Numbered from the whole stretch's first letter, positions 12,423-25,433 are shown. The stretch: 54,330 nt of DNA, filler included, from Jimgerdemannia flammicorona (GCA_003990765.1; 3 parts of 3 records of this genome joined end to end with filler, not necessarily neighbours in it); one strand, 5' to 3'. Numbers and translations: made by a program. Notes: generated from the letters alone by a model not told the origin.

Positions 12423-13516
12423 TTAGAAACCTGTTATGAACCACGTGAGCTTGCACCACGAAATTTATATATAGAAGGTAGTCAAAAAGCCAGCAAAGCC
12501 CAGAGGAAGATCGATCCTCCGCGCGCCACCGCCAGCCCCACCAGCCACACACTATTGCCATGGGACGCGGTTCAATGTATTGAGTTTTTTATGAACCAAT
12601 CTTTTTGTAAGGGCTGGTCCCCGAGTAAGTATTGGCGCTTTGATATTTCACTTAAGAGTTGAGCGAGATTCAAAGTCATCTAGTGGCAAGAGTATGCGAA
12701 TTGTGGCGTCATGTCATATTGTGGAATCTGTCACTACAGGGCGCAAGCGATTCCACGACAGCAAACAAACAAAACGAACACTGCGCAATGTCAAAAAAAG
12801 AAAAAACAAAGGAGCATTGTATTGCATGACGCCAAACAAGCAAAGGTGATATAGAAAGGGTAGAAAGGAAAAGAGTGCATGAATGACTGCATTGACGATC
12901 ATCAATTGGCCAATAGGGTTCCATTAACCATCATTAATTAGCTACTCAGGTTGAACCCCTCTTTATGTGACAACGCTTTGGTAATCTAATGGCGACAGCT
13001 GACAATATTGTTTTGTGATTGTGTCGACACTCTAATAGATGATGACCATGGCAAAGCCGAGTACAATGGCGTGTGTCAAACACGGAGGATTTTAAATGCA
13101 CACAGCTGATCGGTACAAATATAGAAATTTTGTGTTCTCTTTGAAACTATTCGAAGAGTATTCCATTCATCCTCCCCCTTTTTTTATCCCCCCTCCCCCC
13201 GACATTCTTCCAATAATAATAATGATTAAAGGAATACAGAAATTTAATCACTGGTCAGTTCGTGCCAACCACAAATTTGTAGCGCGATGCTTGTATATAA
13301 AGAAAGTGTGTCGTCTAGTTTCATCAAAGTTCGCGTTGGCCATCAGAAATAGCCTTATCATATGCGGGGCACCCATCCCGTGTAACAAAAGAACCTCAGC
13401 GTCGGCAGTGCCGTTTTCCACAGCCCTGGAGCCTGACGTCACCTACCTGATAGTATGTGGTGGCGGGTGCCCCACCACTTTGGCGAACGTGGCGTGAAGT
13501 TCTATACCCAAAAAAC

Positions 13517-13560
13517 CTAGAACCAAAAAACGCTAGAACCAAAAAACGCTAGAACCAAAA
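13517..13560 (+). repeat. 16-bp tandem repeat CTAGAACCAAAAAACG, about 3 copies
   Basis: Read directly. Confidence 0.85.
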
Positions 13561-14598
13561 AAAAAAAATTCCACAGAACATTTCGAGTGGCAGGGTCTAA
13601 TGGACGGAACGAGCTAAATGAGCATTACCTTATATTTTAATATGATTATGCCCTTCTTACATATTCTTGATATTAATAATTCGATTCGAGATTGTCGAAA
13701 TTCGCGGCCTAAAAATGTGACAAACAAATAACCCCCCCTTTTTATGGATTGGTTTCGCTTATGAATTTTTCGCAATACCAATATTGCACTCCGGAAATAC
13801 AGGGTCCAAAGACCGTTACTACCGTACGACACTGCCGTAGCTGACAACAGCTTCAACTACTGTACAGCCATTACTTTGAATCCCCGACAATCTCACCAAG
13901 TCGGGTCCACCATTAAGGGTGAAGGTTTGTCGCTGGGATCCCGCCAACGTCGATCGCTCTCTGCGCAAGAAACTTGAGAGAATTTCGACCGTTAAGGGAT
14001 ATCCTTCCCAACAGGCAAGCTTCCAGCCTCGACCCCTTCCATGAAAGGAAGTGGGTCGCCTAGCTTTGGCAACGCTCTGGCGTGGTGAGAACTTAAATAC
14101 GTCCTGGATACTCGTGTGGTGGCGTGTCCATACTGGTATCTACGACGGCGGGGCCCGTTTTAGGGCCGGCAGGGCTGGAAATGGAATCAGGTACAATAAC
14201 TCCTGTCGTGGCACCCCAAAAGTAAATGGGGTGTTTCGAACGGATCGACGGGGACGATACATAGATAATCAGTTCAGTATCGGTAATGTGTCAAGCAGGG
14301 CTATTATTATCATCAGTCTGTTGATCGGGTATCCCGAATTCTGGAAAACCAGGGTAGGGGTGACTGAAGATATTTAAAGGTGGCAGTGTTTACAGGTCAC
14401 ATGCGAGCCAATTTGCAGAGATTTGTACTGTGGCGCAACCCACCTCCAGTAATTTGGGTACTGTTACACTGCCCATCCGTTGTATTGTGTGCACGAGGCG
14501 CAGATGTGGCCCCGTCGAACATTAAATAGAAAACCCCCATCCCCTCTTGTTTGTTTGTCGTGACAAATCCGCGACCTTTTTACCCCCCCCCCCCCACG

Positions 14599-15978
14599 AT
14601 GGCCGGATCGTTACCCTCCATTGTCAATAGCCGCCGTAACGCGCACTCTAGCCTCGCCATCTTCTCCCGCGTGGCCTGGTCCCGCCTCGTCGAATCCCGA
14701 TGGACCAAACTTCTACCCATCCTGGCCCTGCTGCAATGGGCCGGGATTGTGTGGCTGGAGGCGCTTATCTACCGCGACAACATGACCGAGTACGGCGTCC
14801 TCCTTGTGTATGTCAACCAATACCAGAACGACACCAAGCTCGTCCACGCCGTCAACAGCTTCGATAACCGCGCCGCAGAGAGCTTCTTCTTCATTATGTT
14901 TGTTTTCTTGTTGTTCCTCTTCGCGGTCGACGCCGTCATCCGACAGAACTCGATCCAGCTTTTCGCCTACGGCGCCGTCAATATTCTCTGCATCTCTTTC
15001 GGCATTTTCCAAATCTACGAGGCCGTCAAGTGGTTTGGAAATCTCGATGACATTCAGAAGCACTACCACGACGAGCTCAATCCCACCCTCCCAGACATCC
15101 CAGCCTACCACCTTGGTTTTCAGCGCCTCTACGCCTGTGGCGTCTTAGCTGTTAACCTCGTCACCACCATCTTCCTCATCTTCCTGGTCTGGAAACTCTA
15201 TGTTCAGTTCGGCTGGAACGTGTACAAGCGCATTGGCGCCGACGTCCGCATGCAAGCCATGTACCGGCAGTACCAAATCTTCCTCGTCTGCCTCAAACTC
15301 ACCCCCCTCTTCCAAGCCCTCTTCCACGCCTTCTACATCGGCATCCTCATCGAAAATGATTTCGGCAACCCCCCCCCCGCCACATCCATCTACCACATCA
15401 TCATCACTGTCCTGATCCCCCTTTCCTTCCTCTTCATCGGTTCCGCCGCTCGCCGCGAGATACGCTGGGCCATGATCGCTTATGTCCTCCTCAACCTGAG
15501 CGTCATCATCAACTTTGGCCTCATACTCAGTGACTTCAGTTCGTCCGCCACATGGATTTTCCTCATAGCATGTGGCGTCATCGACTCCCTTCTTAACGTC
15601 GCCTATGCCCTCATCGTCGCAAATAACTTTGGTAAAGGACTCAAAGATACCATCCGTCTCCTCGGCGAAGAGGATTCGGATAGGTTTGGCATCTCTCATA
15701 GGGTGAGTATCGACGGCGGCACCGCTGAGCATCAGGAACAGCTGCGCGCTGCGCTCGCTGACCACGAGGAGAAATACGAGGTCCCGGACAGCGAAGACGA
15801 CTACGACGCGGCTTGGGCAATTGACGTCAACCAAGGAAACAACACCGCATCGAACGTACCGCAGTCGCTCGACGCAGGATTGGGGCCACCACCTCTCCCA
15901 CCGCCGCATAGGGTGCCCATCAGGACCTTTACGGACGGGTCGGAGAAGTACAAGACGTCCGACGCGTGGAACGGTTGA
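14599..15978 (+). CDS. Multipass membrane protein, UPF0658 (Golgi membrane protein)-like, intronless
   Basis: ATG at 14599, about 8 hydrophobic helices, motifs DAVIRQNSIQL and WKLYVQFGWNVYKRIGADVRMQAMYRQYQIFLVCLKL, NNFGKGLK after the last helix, strongly GC3-biased codons. Confidence 0.75.
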   Translation: MAGSLPSIVNSRRNAHSSLAIFSRVAWSRLVESRWTKLLPILALLQWAGIVWLEALIYRDNMTEYGVLLVYVNQYQNDTKLVHAVNSFDNRAAESFFFIMFVFLLFLFAVDAVIRQNSIQLFAYGAVNILCISFGIFQIYEAVKWFGNLDDIQKHYHDELNPTLPDIPAYHLGFQRLYACGVLAVNLVTTIFLIFLVWKLYVQFGWNVYKRIGADVRMQAMYRQYQIFLVCLKLTPLFQALFHAFYIGILIENDFGNPPPATSIYHIIITVLIPLSFLFIGSAARREIRWAMIAYVLLNLSVIINFGLILSDFSSSATWIFLIACGVIDSLLNVAYALIVANNFGKGLKDTIRLLGEEDSDRFGISHRVSIDGGTAEHQEQLRAALADHEEKYEVPDSEDDYDAAWAIDVNQGNNTASNVPQSLDAGLGPPPLPPPHRVPIRTFTDGSEKYKTSDAWNG

Positions 15979-17077
15979 GGACGCAGGTCGGTGGTGGCAG
16001 TCGTTGTTGGTGCTACGATAAAATCCATTGTTCCATGTAAATTTCACTGATCCTTGCCTCCTTGTTCGTAAAAGGACAAGAATTTTATTTTATTTTTTGA
16101 CGTGAAGTATTTATCCTCAATGTAGTTTTTAATTCTGTTGTCGTTAATATCGGGGGGTTTTTTTTTCTTTCTTCATTGGTTGAGGTGCACGACTGGCGAG
16201 AACCAGGTTAATGGGTTCTGTGTAAAAGCAGGTGACCAGCTTTATGGTGAGCTATTAATAGCTTACTAGTGGGACGTACGTCCAATGATGTCAGAGCACG
16301 CCTTATGTTCTCGTTTTCCATTGGGAGCCACCACCTGATACTAGCCTACGCTTTAAGTTTATTTGTCAAAGGCGAGGATGACCACGACATTCGCTTTCGT
16401 TCAGTAACGTTGTGAGAAAACCCGAAAGATGCACATGATTATCTTATATTGCACAACCGAAATCCATTTTGTCAAAATTGTCGTTCTTGACAATACGTCC
16501 CCATAAACATCAAAAATACCTTTTATTCTCTGCATATACACTCTGAACAAAGCGAGCTTCGTACATCAGTTGCGCCATTCAATGCCACACCACACACCAT
16601 GAAATCATATTGCGTACTACGATCGAATGATCTTTGTTGACTTTTGTGATCATTGGATTCTCGCTCGACGGCTGCCTTTTATCTGGAACTCGGCTGAGGC
16701 GTATGGTTGGGTTGCCATTCGAAGACGATCCGAATGGTCTAAAGCCGCATCCTTTGGAACGATTCCTGGTTTCCAAGACCTTCTCCAGAACCGGTTTTGG
16801 GAGCGGTGACAACTGCAGACACAATTCGCATTTTATATGTACAGACACAATTCGAACGCCTTTATCGTCTCAGTATACATCTAACCCGCGTGAAATTGGA
16901 TCGTAAGTGTTCGAGGAAGTATTTTTTACATACAATTGCTTCCGTCATTATGTAATTACATAACACCCAAACGGCAGGATAGTCGGGCGCGCATACAAAT
17001 AGGGACCGGTGGCCGAGCACGGGTCTTTTTTTCTTTTTTCCCCTTCCATTACCCAAACATACAGGATTACCCACCAA

Positions 17078-17345
17078 CAGGATGCCCTGGTGGTGGAAGA
17101 CAACAACCCGCAAACGGGAACCCTGTTTACTATCGCCGATACCGTTCCGATCTTATTTCCCCTTCCTTTGCCCAAACAAGTTCTGGTGGTGGAAGGACAA
17201 CAATCCGCAAACGGGAACCCTGTTTACTATCGCTGGTATCGTTCCGATCTTATTTCCCCTTCCTTTGCCCAAACAAGCAGGATGCCTTGGTGGTGGAAGA
17301 TAACAACCTGCAAACGGGGCACCCTGTTTAATATCGCTGGTACGT
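17078..17345 (+). repeat. Tandem repeat of a ~100-bp unit, about 2.6 copies
   Basis: Unit ggtggtggaaga.aacaa.c.gcaaacggg.accctgttta.tatcgc.g.tac.gttccgatcttatttccccttcctttgcccaaacaag starts near 17089, 17185 and 17289. Confidence 0.9.
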
Positions 17346-18013
17346 GGACGTGGCCCAGGCCTTGATGGTTGGCATACAGGGCGACGTGGTAGAGGCCGCT
17401 ACGGGAACAGATGATATCACATGATTGTTGAGAATGGAAAGGTTGGTGCTTCGAAACTTGTAGGCTTGGATTACGGTTCCAAGGTGGAGATCACAAGACC
17501 TTCCTTTTTTGCTGTCATTTTTTATCCCTTCGTCTGGCAATGTATCCGCCGTATTGGCACTTGCCATTTCCCCAGGCTCTTTGGCTTTCAATCCTATTTC
17601 GTAGTTCGAAATAATGTCGTTATTATATGAGGGACATGAACTGGACTCCTAGACACAGGCATTAATTATTACTTTAGAACGGCTAATAGTGTTGAACGGG
17701 ATGACACGTAATAATAAAGTATACTGACAGCCGCCTCTACATATTCTGGACACGTGAGCGCTCTCCCGCGGCAACTTCGTAAAATTGAAGTGAACCAAAC
17801 GTGCCGTCAATGCCGAGCATGTCGTGAACCCTTCATAATATCATTCGAATACCGCCATATACAAACCTTTAAAAAACCTCATAGGATGTGGATGTTTTAC
17901 AAACATAGAGAGCCGCATTTGTTGCCACCCCGTCAAAACTGTGCGATATAAATTTTGACTTGCCCAAATCAATCCGCCTACTGAACCCTACTTCAAATTC
18001 TACACGGTTATGC

Positions 18014-18048
<35 letters not shown>

Positions 18049-18148
18049 NNNNNNNNNNNNNNNNNNNNNNNNNNNNNNNNNNNNNNNNNNNNTTAATTAA
18101 TTAANNNNNNNNNNNNNNNNNNNNNNNNNNNNNNNNNNNNNNNNNNNN
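18049..18148. other. Assembly gap with artificial TTAATTAATTAA all-frame-stop linker
   Basis: N-run + TTAATTAATTAA + N-run, 100 nt in total; same structure at 36191-36290. Confidence 0.95.
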
Positions 18149-18379
18149 GCTAGCAAACTTGTATAAATAACCCAGTATCTTCGAGTGAATAAACCTCAGA
18201 TCGAAATAGTTCAAAGCAAAGAGATAGCAAAGGAACTAGTAAGCCTGCGGGCAGATACACTTCGAACTCACCCACCCTCCCCTGCAACTTCAAGAAGACT
18301 CTGCGAGAGTCAGAACAGTCAAGTTTTCAAGATACAGAAATCCGACGTACTTTCAAGAGTAAGCATCCGCTACGTTACA
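18149..18379 (+). mobile_element. 3' part of an LTR (solo or 3' LTR) related to the A/B family
   Basis: aacttgtataaataacccag...gagtgaataaacctcag resembles 28014-28058 (TATA box plus AATAAA). It ends in GTTACA at 18379 with no PBS after it, and retains CpGs. Confidence 0.6.
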
Positions 18380-18720
18380 CTAGCTACTTTATTCTCTATT
18401 TATATTATCTTATAAAAAAAATAAACTATTTGCTATTTTAACTATAATACTAAAGTCTTTTTTTTTAGTTTAGTCTGTCTTACTCTAGTTTGTACTTATT
18501 TTACTTATTGGAGATATATAAGATCTACTATATCTAATTCAACTATAGCTTTATCTTTTATTTAGCTACTACTTTTATTATTATATATCTTCTATTATAC
18601 CAAATTATTAGATCTTTAATTATATATATCTTTAATATTAAGATATATAAATTATAGATATAAATATAAGTATATCAATATATTTTAAATAGATAAAATA
18701 TTTTTAACAAGAGTCAGAAG

Positions 18721-19044
18721 TAGTACTCAAAATAAATTAAATTAAGATTTAATTTAATTCAAGTTTCAATTTAAACCTTAATTTTCAAAATATAATAACT
18801 TAATAAAAATATACAAAATTTAACTTATTAGATTTATTTTATTTAAAAGAATTTAGAATAATAAAAATTATTAAATTTGATATTTTAAAGTTAACTTTTA
18901 ATTTCAAATTAAATTAGACCTCAATTTGATTTAAATTTAATTTAATTTAAATTTAATTTAAATTAAAAATTTCTTAATTTAATTCAATTCAAATTAACCC
19001 CTATTTAATTAATTTAAATTGATTTAATTTATTTGAGAATACTA
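18721..19044. mobile_element. hAT-type MITE, heavily AT-converted copy
   Basis: Termini TAGTACTC... and ...GAGAATACTA, perfect 8-bp TSD GTCAGAAG (18713-18720 and 19045-19052), internal homology to 38205-38577. Confidence 0.85.
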
Positions 19045-22000
19045 GTCAGAAGTATATCATTATCTTATTAATACTTTTTTTTTTACTTTAATTATTAAAA
19101 AGCAATTAAAGTAATCTTTTATTAAATTGATAATTTTTCAGTTTTCAATTACTTTAGTATAAATATTTTTATCAGATATATCAGTATTAGTATCAATAAC
19201 TATATTGAGAATAAAACCTTCTATGTATAATAATAATAGTACTACTATAGTATACTATATATTACTCTAAATTTCTTATTTAGACTTTATAAATTGACTG
19301 AGTAGACTATAATTTTGATCTAATTTATGTTTGTTTATCATGATTCTCATCCATATATCCCAACTTCTCAAGGCCTTCTATCTCTCTAGATTACTGAAGC
19401 TAGCCCACAAGTATGATCCTGCAGATCCACTCTTCTAACTTTCAAGCTCTACCTCTATAATCTCCAAGACCAATCTCTTGCACTTTGCTAATCTCTGCAG
19501 CAGTCCGGCAATTCTGGCTCAGGGTGCTCCATACTGAGGAGAAGACTGGCACCATCATTGGCAAGTTATTGAAGATGTGGAGCACCAATGAGATGCCACC
19601 AAGAGGAGAGCAAGCGAGTGAGAAGAGGGTGGATGGTCATTTGATTGGTTGGGGCTGTGTAAACATCACGGGATATTGCTTTATTTATTTGTTTCGCTAG
19701 TTATTTCATTTTCATTCCCTTTGCACAGATGCACATCGCTCAAACAGACTCTCATCCCATGCCATCATGCATTGCAAAGATCAGCTCAAAATACCCAACC
19801 TAAAATCCGCACAGTAGACCTCAGTTCGCGCGGGGCTGCCCAAGTATATTTTACTTTCGAATACCTCACTCAAGGTATAAAAAGAAAGTTTATCCGCGTT
19901 TTTCGCGACATGCTTGCGTATTCGGGTGTGCTTCTGTTTCGGGCATTGTAGAATCCTGCGGTATGGTAAAGATATGGATGATGCGATCGACTGTATCATT
20001 CTTTATATGTATGGTGGTGAAGAAATGAGATAGTTACTAATTGGAGATGCCCATGGTAATAATAAAAAAAAAAAAATGCAAGCCAAGGGGAAAGGGTGGA
20101 TCATATTGTGGAAGGATAGGACGACCCTTAAGATTTTCTTTGCCTGGAATTAGGATATTTTCCCGGCACTTAAATGACGTGTCACTATATTCACGAGAAC
20201 TGTCGGCAGGTGACAAATTATTAAGCTACTCCAGTGTGTTATCAACAGAATGAATATAATCCAACTACTATCTGTATTGAAAATAGAAATTATAGTGGTT
20301 TTTGCATACTTGGTATAAAATCGCAAGTCTCAATAATATTTTGAGGGAGAGGCGCAGTGCTTTTGATGAACGACCGCCTCTAGTTCTGGTTTCAAACCAA
20401 GGGCTGCGGCACAATGACCTAGCTTTCACTCAAACATATTCGACACGGCACTATGAATGGATCAAATTCCGGCGGATGAAAAGTGTGGATTAAAATAGTT
20501 AACAGCGATAGACGAAAATCTCGTAGTTTATTATGGGCAATCTTTGAATGTATTCTATAAGGGCGATTATCAGAAGTGGCAGGAATAAAAATGGTTGACA
20601 CATATTTCTCGATCGCGAGTATCTGTAATGTCAATGAAAATAATCTGGACCCCCCCCTTGGAGCAGAATCACCGCATTAAACCATCTCGACACTGCGCCA
20701 GGCCTCAAAATAAATGATACTACCCAACCGTGCAAGCTAGGTCCACATTTTTTTCAGATTGCTAGCCGGACGGAACGAACAAAACGAATTGAAGGAGCAG
20801 TGCCGGGACTTCTTTACTTTGGATTATGCATAACCTTTTACTCATACCGACATCTAGAGAGAAGATGGCCTGTGATTGTTCTTATTCACTTGCGACAAAG
20901 GCCAAAGGAAACTCTCCTCCTCCTCAATGCAATAGAACGATACATCCATTTCAACGCTTCAACCGGCGAAAAATAAATAAACACTCTCCGACTTACTGAA
21001 ACGGAGAAACATTTCCGAATGCTACGGCTACGAGATCTGTTCGCTTGTGATAGGATTTCAAATCGCGCCGAAACAACTACCTCCAGTCAAAGCGGGAATA
21101 CATTGCGAGGAAAATAGAATACCGAAAGACTGTGAATCAATAAACCCAGAAAATCGAGTACCGACATGGAAAAACTGGTGAACTAATATGAGAAGTCCAC
21201 TAATTTCATCATATTGTGCAAAGGTCGATGTTGAAAAAAACGTATTTGCTCACTTAGCTTCGGCAAACATCCGAATTAGTCCCTGTTGTTGTATGTGCAA
21301 TCTCCTCCACTGGGCTTTTTCCAAGCCATTATTTCACACGATGTGATGCACCGCGTGCACGGTCTCGAGTTTGGAGAGGCAGAGCAAGTTTAACATGAAT
21401 TCCACAGTAGGGTGCGGTCAGAAGGGAGCTGCATTTGCACTAAAAATCAAGGCGTGATGTAATATCACTGCCGTACACACCGTCTGACCAAATCATTAAC
21501 CCTCCCGCCCATTAAACCATATCATTCTTGCTCGGCCCAAGGGACTTGTCAGTTGACACAGTTCGAGGTATGGGTAGAGTGACTTTCTGTTAGATACAGG
21601 TTGAATCCCGTTGCGTCAATGTCTGTTTACAACAAAGAATACCAATTCCATCGCGAGGAGGAAAATGAGGCAAAGCGGGCATGGAAAATGGTGATGGCAT
21701 CTTATCAAATGTAAAACGTAAAACGGATAACGTATGCTACGCTCCTTGACTCACTGATTATAAATACTTATACTTCCCACCCAAAGTCGAGACTGCTCAC
21801 CCACAACTAATACACAACAGGCCACATCACTTCACGAGAGAAGAGAATAATCTGAAATGCATTGCATATGTAAACATTTTGGCCAAAGACATGACAATAA
21901 ACCCCAGCGCGCCAACCAACCACAATATGAAAGAATTTCGCACACAAACCTCAATATTATACGGCCAAATGGGTAAAAATGATGGAAAAATGAAAAAGAA

Positions 22001-23199
22001 AAATATAATTAAAATAAAGCGAAGATAGAAAATTACAGACAAAAACCACACTCTTGCAATCATTCTCCCTTTTGCCCCTCGTCTCATTCTATGTATCCCT
22101 TCGCCCTCTTCATGCCTTCCACAAACTTTGAAAACTCGTTACGCTCTCCCCGCCAGTACCGCTGCAGTAATTTCATACACCGTCACCGTAATTGCATAAA
22201 GAGCACGCATCAGATATGGATGTCGGCCTCGTCATGCGCAAAACGATGCCCGCCGCCGGTATATGCGACGCGCAGTTTTGCCACGTCTAAATTGCGTCCC
22301 CGACGGATTAAATAAGTCATCGGCTGCCGTCGATCCGGCCTCCGACGTGGTCTCCTCGAGTCCTGAAACCGGAGTATATGTACCCCATAGTCAAGACTCC
22401 CTGGCTCTGCCAGAGCGACTGGAAGACGATAGCGAGCGAAATTGGGATGCATAGGCGGCGGCGGAGACCCCGGTCGATCAGCGAGTTGTTGATGTTGGAA
22501 GGAGGCTGGCGAAAAATTGGGATGCCAGAGGGGGGGCTAGCTGCGAGTCGATGGCGTCCAACGCGCGGGTTCAGCCACATGTTGATTAGCGTGGCACCCT
22601 TCCAGACGGGGACGCCAGGTACAGTGTCGCGCTTTGGAGGGGAGCATCCGCTCCTACGAAGACGAGCGGCGGGGGTCGAAGCCCGACAGACATACTCAAT
22701 GACCAGGTAGGGTGATTTTAGGCTGCTCGTTGGTAGAAATTGCAAATATGCAGGCCTAGCTGCGTCGTGAAAACTATGGCTCGCGCCATTTCATATATAT
22801 ATTCTTGTTGTGAAGATATAAAATCGTCTTTGCTGCGCCCTTTAGTAAATTATCTAATTTTGACGTCACTGCCTTTTTTTTTTACCTCGTCCTTTCCTTT
22901 CTTTTAACTCTCTCACTTATGAATACCTCAGATCCTAGATCCAAACCGCCATCATGCCCAGAATATTGCCAACAACTCTACTCTACGCGTAAGTCTATTT
23001 CTTTCCTTCGAATTAGTAGGCATGGTGTTGGAAAGATGGAAACATAAAAAAATGTCAATATGCTTATAGTCCATATTCTCAACTAACAAGAGTCGTTTGA
23101 TTCATAAGTGCCATCCTCTGCTCGTCATAATATTAATAGCTACATTGAATTCCTTTTAAAGGTCGGTTCGCCACTCCGTATGGTGAAAAAGAAGAATAC

Positions 23200-24620
23200 A
23201 TTGCAGCCAAAATGTTTTGCAAAAACATCTTGCAAGCATGGTGGAGTAGATGGGAGGCAGAGTCAGTGGGCTGGGATGTGTTGACACTGCTGGTGGTCTA
23301 GGGAGGACTGAGCCTTGTTGACTTTACAAAGCACTTGCATTGCTTGAGAGCATGGTGGTTGAAACAGGTCAGCAAGTTTGAGGACCAGAGATGGGTACCC
23401 CTTATGCAATAGATATAAGAGATGAGATTCTCCCTTCAGGGAACTTCTGGTAACTTGTTATCCTTGGTAGTACTGGAAAGAAGTTATTGTATGTGATATA
23501 GGAGCTTCTGGTAGAGGGTAGTAGATGGAGTTCATCAGATTGATATCTGCTGGAGAGAGCAGTCTGGAGATCTAGAATGTAGAGGTGGGACCATCTTCTA
23601 CTGAAGGACTCACTGGCTATTGACTTTCAGCTTGAGGATAGTGTGGAGTACCAGAGAGAGCAGAGAAAAGACCTGTGGTCCAAGAGTTGGCAGATGGTAG
23701 ATATTGGTAGAGGGTAGGACTGGACTGATATTTGATCATGATATAAGGTAGTGTCAAGATAGCTTCTGCCCAAGTTCTGAGTGATGTGGTGGCAGCTTCT
23801 GTGATGGAATGTGATTCTGAACTTTGGTCAGACCACTTGATGGAAGGGAAGTTATTCAAATGTAAAGAGTATTTTAATATTGAGCAGAAGAGTAAGATGG
23901 TACAGACTCCAGAACATTGCCTGGGTGAGTATGAGATACTATCAGATTTCTAGTTGGTAATTGAGGGCTGATTGGGAGTGCAACCTTTAGAAGGAGTGAG
24001 TGGAGAGCAGTAGAGTGTCCTGTAGTTATAACTGGTGGGGGAGATTGGTAATAAATGGCTTTCTGTGGGGTGAGCCCTTATAATTTGAATTGGTCTCTTT
24101 GGACATTGACTATATGTCTTTGAGAATGGCCAGATATTGTTACTATGTGTGAGAGTGGCAAGGTAAGAGTGGCTATTATTAGAGTTACTAAATGAGTAAT
24201 GGGCTGGATGGAGACCTAAGGGGGGTACACTATGGGCTAGTAGAAAGGATATGTGCAAAGAGTGGGGGAAGGATTCAAGCAAGTTGGGGGGTGGTTACTT
24301 TCAATCAGGAAGAGATTGAGGGTAATCTCCATGAGGAGGTTGGGTAGGGAGTAGGGTTTTGATATTATATTGTATAGGTATAGATTGGTATGGTAATAAA
24401 TGCAGGAGTCCAAGCAACTATAAAATATATATATATATATAAGTATGGTGGAGTAGAGAGAAAAAGCAGCTTGGTACACAGTATGTGGGAACAGCTCACA
24501 TACGATGGATTGCCTGCCTTTGTAGTACACAAAAATTGTACCTGTGTTAGCATAAGTATGGCACATCTCTGGCTATTCGCAACTGCTGGGGAGCATACTG
24601 GTGGTGAAAAGTATGAACGA
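23200..24620 (-). mobile_element. Degenerate transposon remnant, possibly the C-terminal part of a non-LTR (LINE) ORF2
   Basis: Sharply bounded CpG-free block between CpG-rich DNA. Broken minus-strand frames (YLATLTHSNNIWPFSK; KYSLHLNNFPSIKW...SLRTWAEA) loosely resemble the post-RT region of fungal LINEs. No RT core motif seen. Confidence 0.35.
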
Positions 24621-24749
24621 TTGTTATTCAATCGAAGTGGTACTTGTGCGCTCCGCCATACGATGTTTTAGCAAGTTTGGCGTGTTGTGAAAACATGGCC
24701 AGAGCAATCACAGGTGGGTTTGTTTCTTAATGATATTTAAACCAAGGTC

Positions 24750-25433
24750 TTGGTTGTTTCTGCCCCGGCTCCGTTGATGTCGCCTCCGAGGAGGCAGTCG
24801 GATCGGCCATCGAGGCCACGATCGCCAGGTTTGGCAGACTTGGCGTGTTGCATTGCGCGGGCATCAAGGCGGGAAAGGTATATATGCACTCGATCTGATT
24901 TTAGCGTTATCCTAATTCATTCGCAACCCCCTCACTTTCAACCGTATCCCTCGCGTACAAAGATCGCCGAACCGGGCAAGCCCGGCGGCAACCTTGATAT
25001 ATTTGATATCATCATCCACGTCAACCTCCACGGAACGTTCAACATGTCACAAAAAGTGGCTGCCATGCTCGTAAATCAGGGGCCAATTAATGAGGACGGT
25101 ATGTTAAGGATGCCCACCATGATACTTATGCCCGCTTTCTCCGATCCATCAGACTCAACCCATTCCCCCCTTTTAACCACAGGAGAACGCGGCGTGATTA
25201 TTAACACGGCCTCGATCGCCTACCAGGACGGCCAGGTTGGCTAAGCGGCCTATGCGGCATCGAAGGGTAAATTAGCGCCTCTCCAGTCTGTTAACACAAA
25301 ACATCCCCAAGTTACTGAAAGACATTGAATTCCTGCCCACCCCGCTGAGTATGCCAAACTCGTGGCCATGGTTGTCGAGATGAACGGAGAAACAATCCGA
25401 CTGGATGGAGCGACGAGGTTGGGGAAGGCATGA
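24750..25433 (+). pseudogene. HSD17B10-like short-chain dehydrogenase (3-hydroxyacyl-CoA dehydrogenase type 2) pseudogene
   Basis: VDVASEEAV...HCAGIK, intron, VNLHGTFN, intron, ERGVIINTASIAYQDGQVG*AAYAASKG, then NGETIRLDGATRL. Premature TAA at 25242-25244, N-terminal Rossmann motif not found, and a deletion after YAASKG. Confidence 0.85.

Noticed and set aside
15145..16047. 300-aa minus-strand ORF, and the similar antisense ORFs 1129-1815 and 6871-7497
   Set aside because: Shadow ORFs opposite real genes with biased codon use.
18049..18148. TTAATTAATTAA palindrome within the N-runs (also 36191-36290)
   Set aside because: Artificial contig linker with stops in all frames; not biological.
19053..19630. 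Possible LINE endonuclease start on the minus strand
   Set aside because: Too AT-eroded to support a call beyond being a decayed repeat.
20300..22750. Short ORFs and exon-like stretches (also 13240-14380 and 16300-16930)
   Set aside because: No consistent spliced frame or recognisable motif; these may be decayed genes but cannot be supported.
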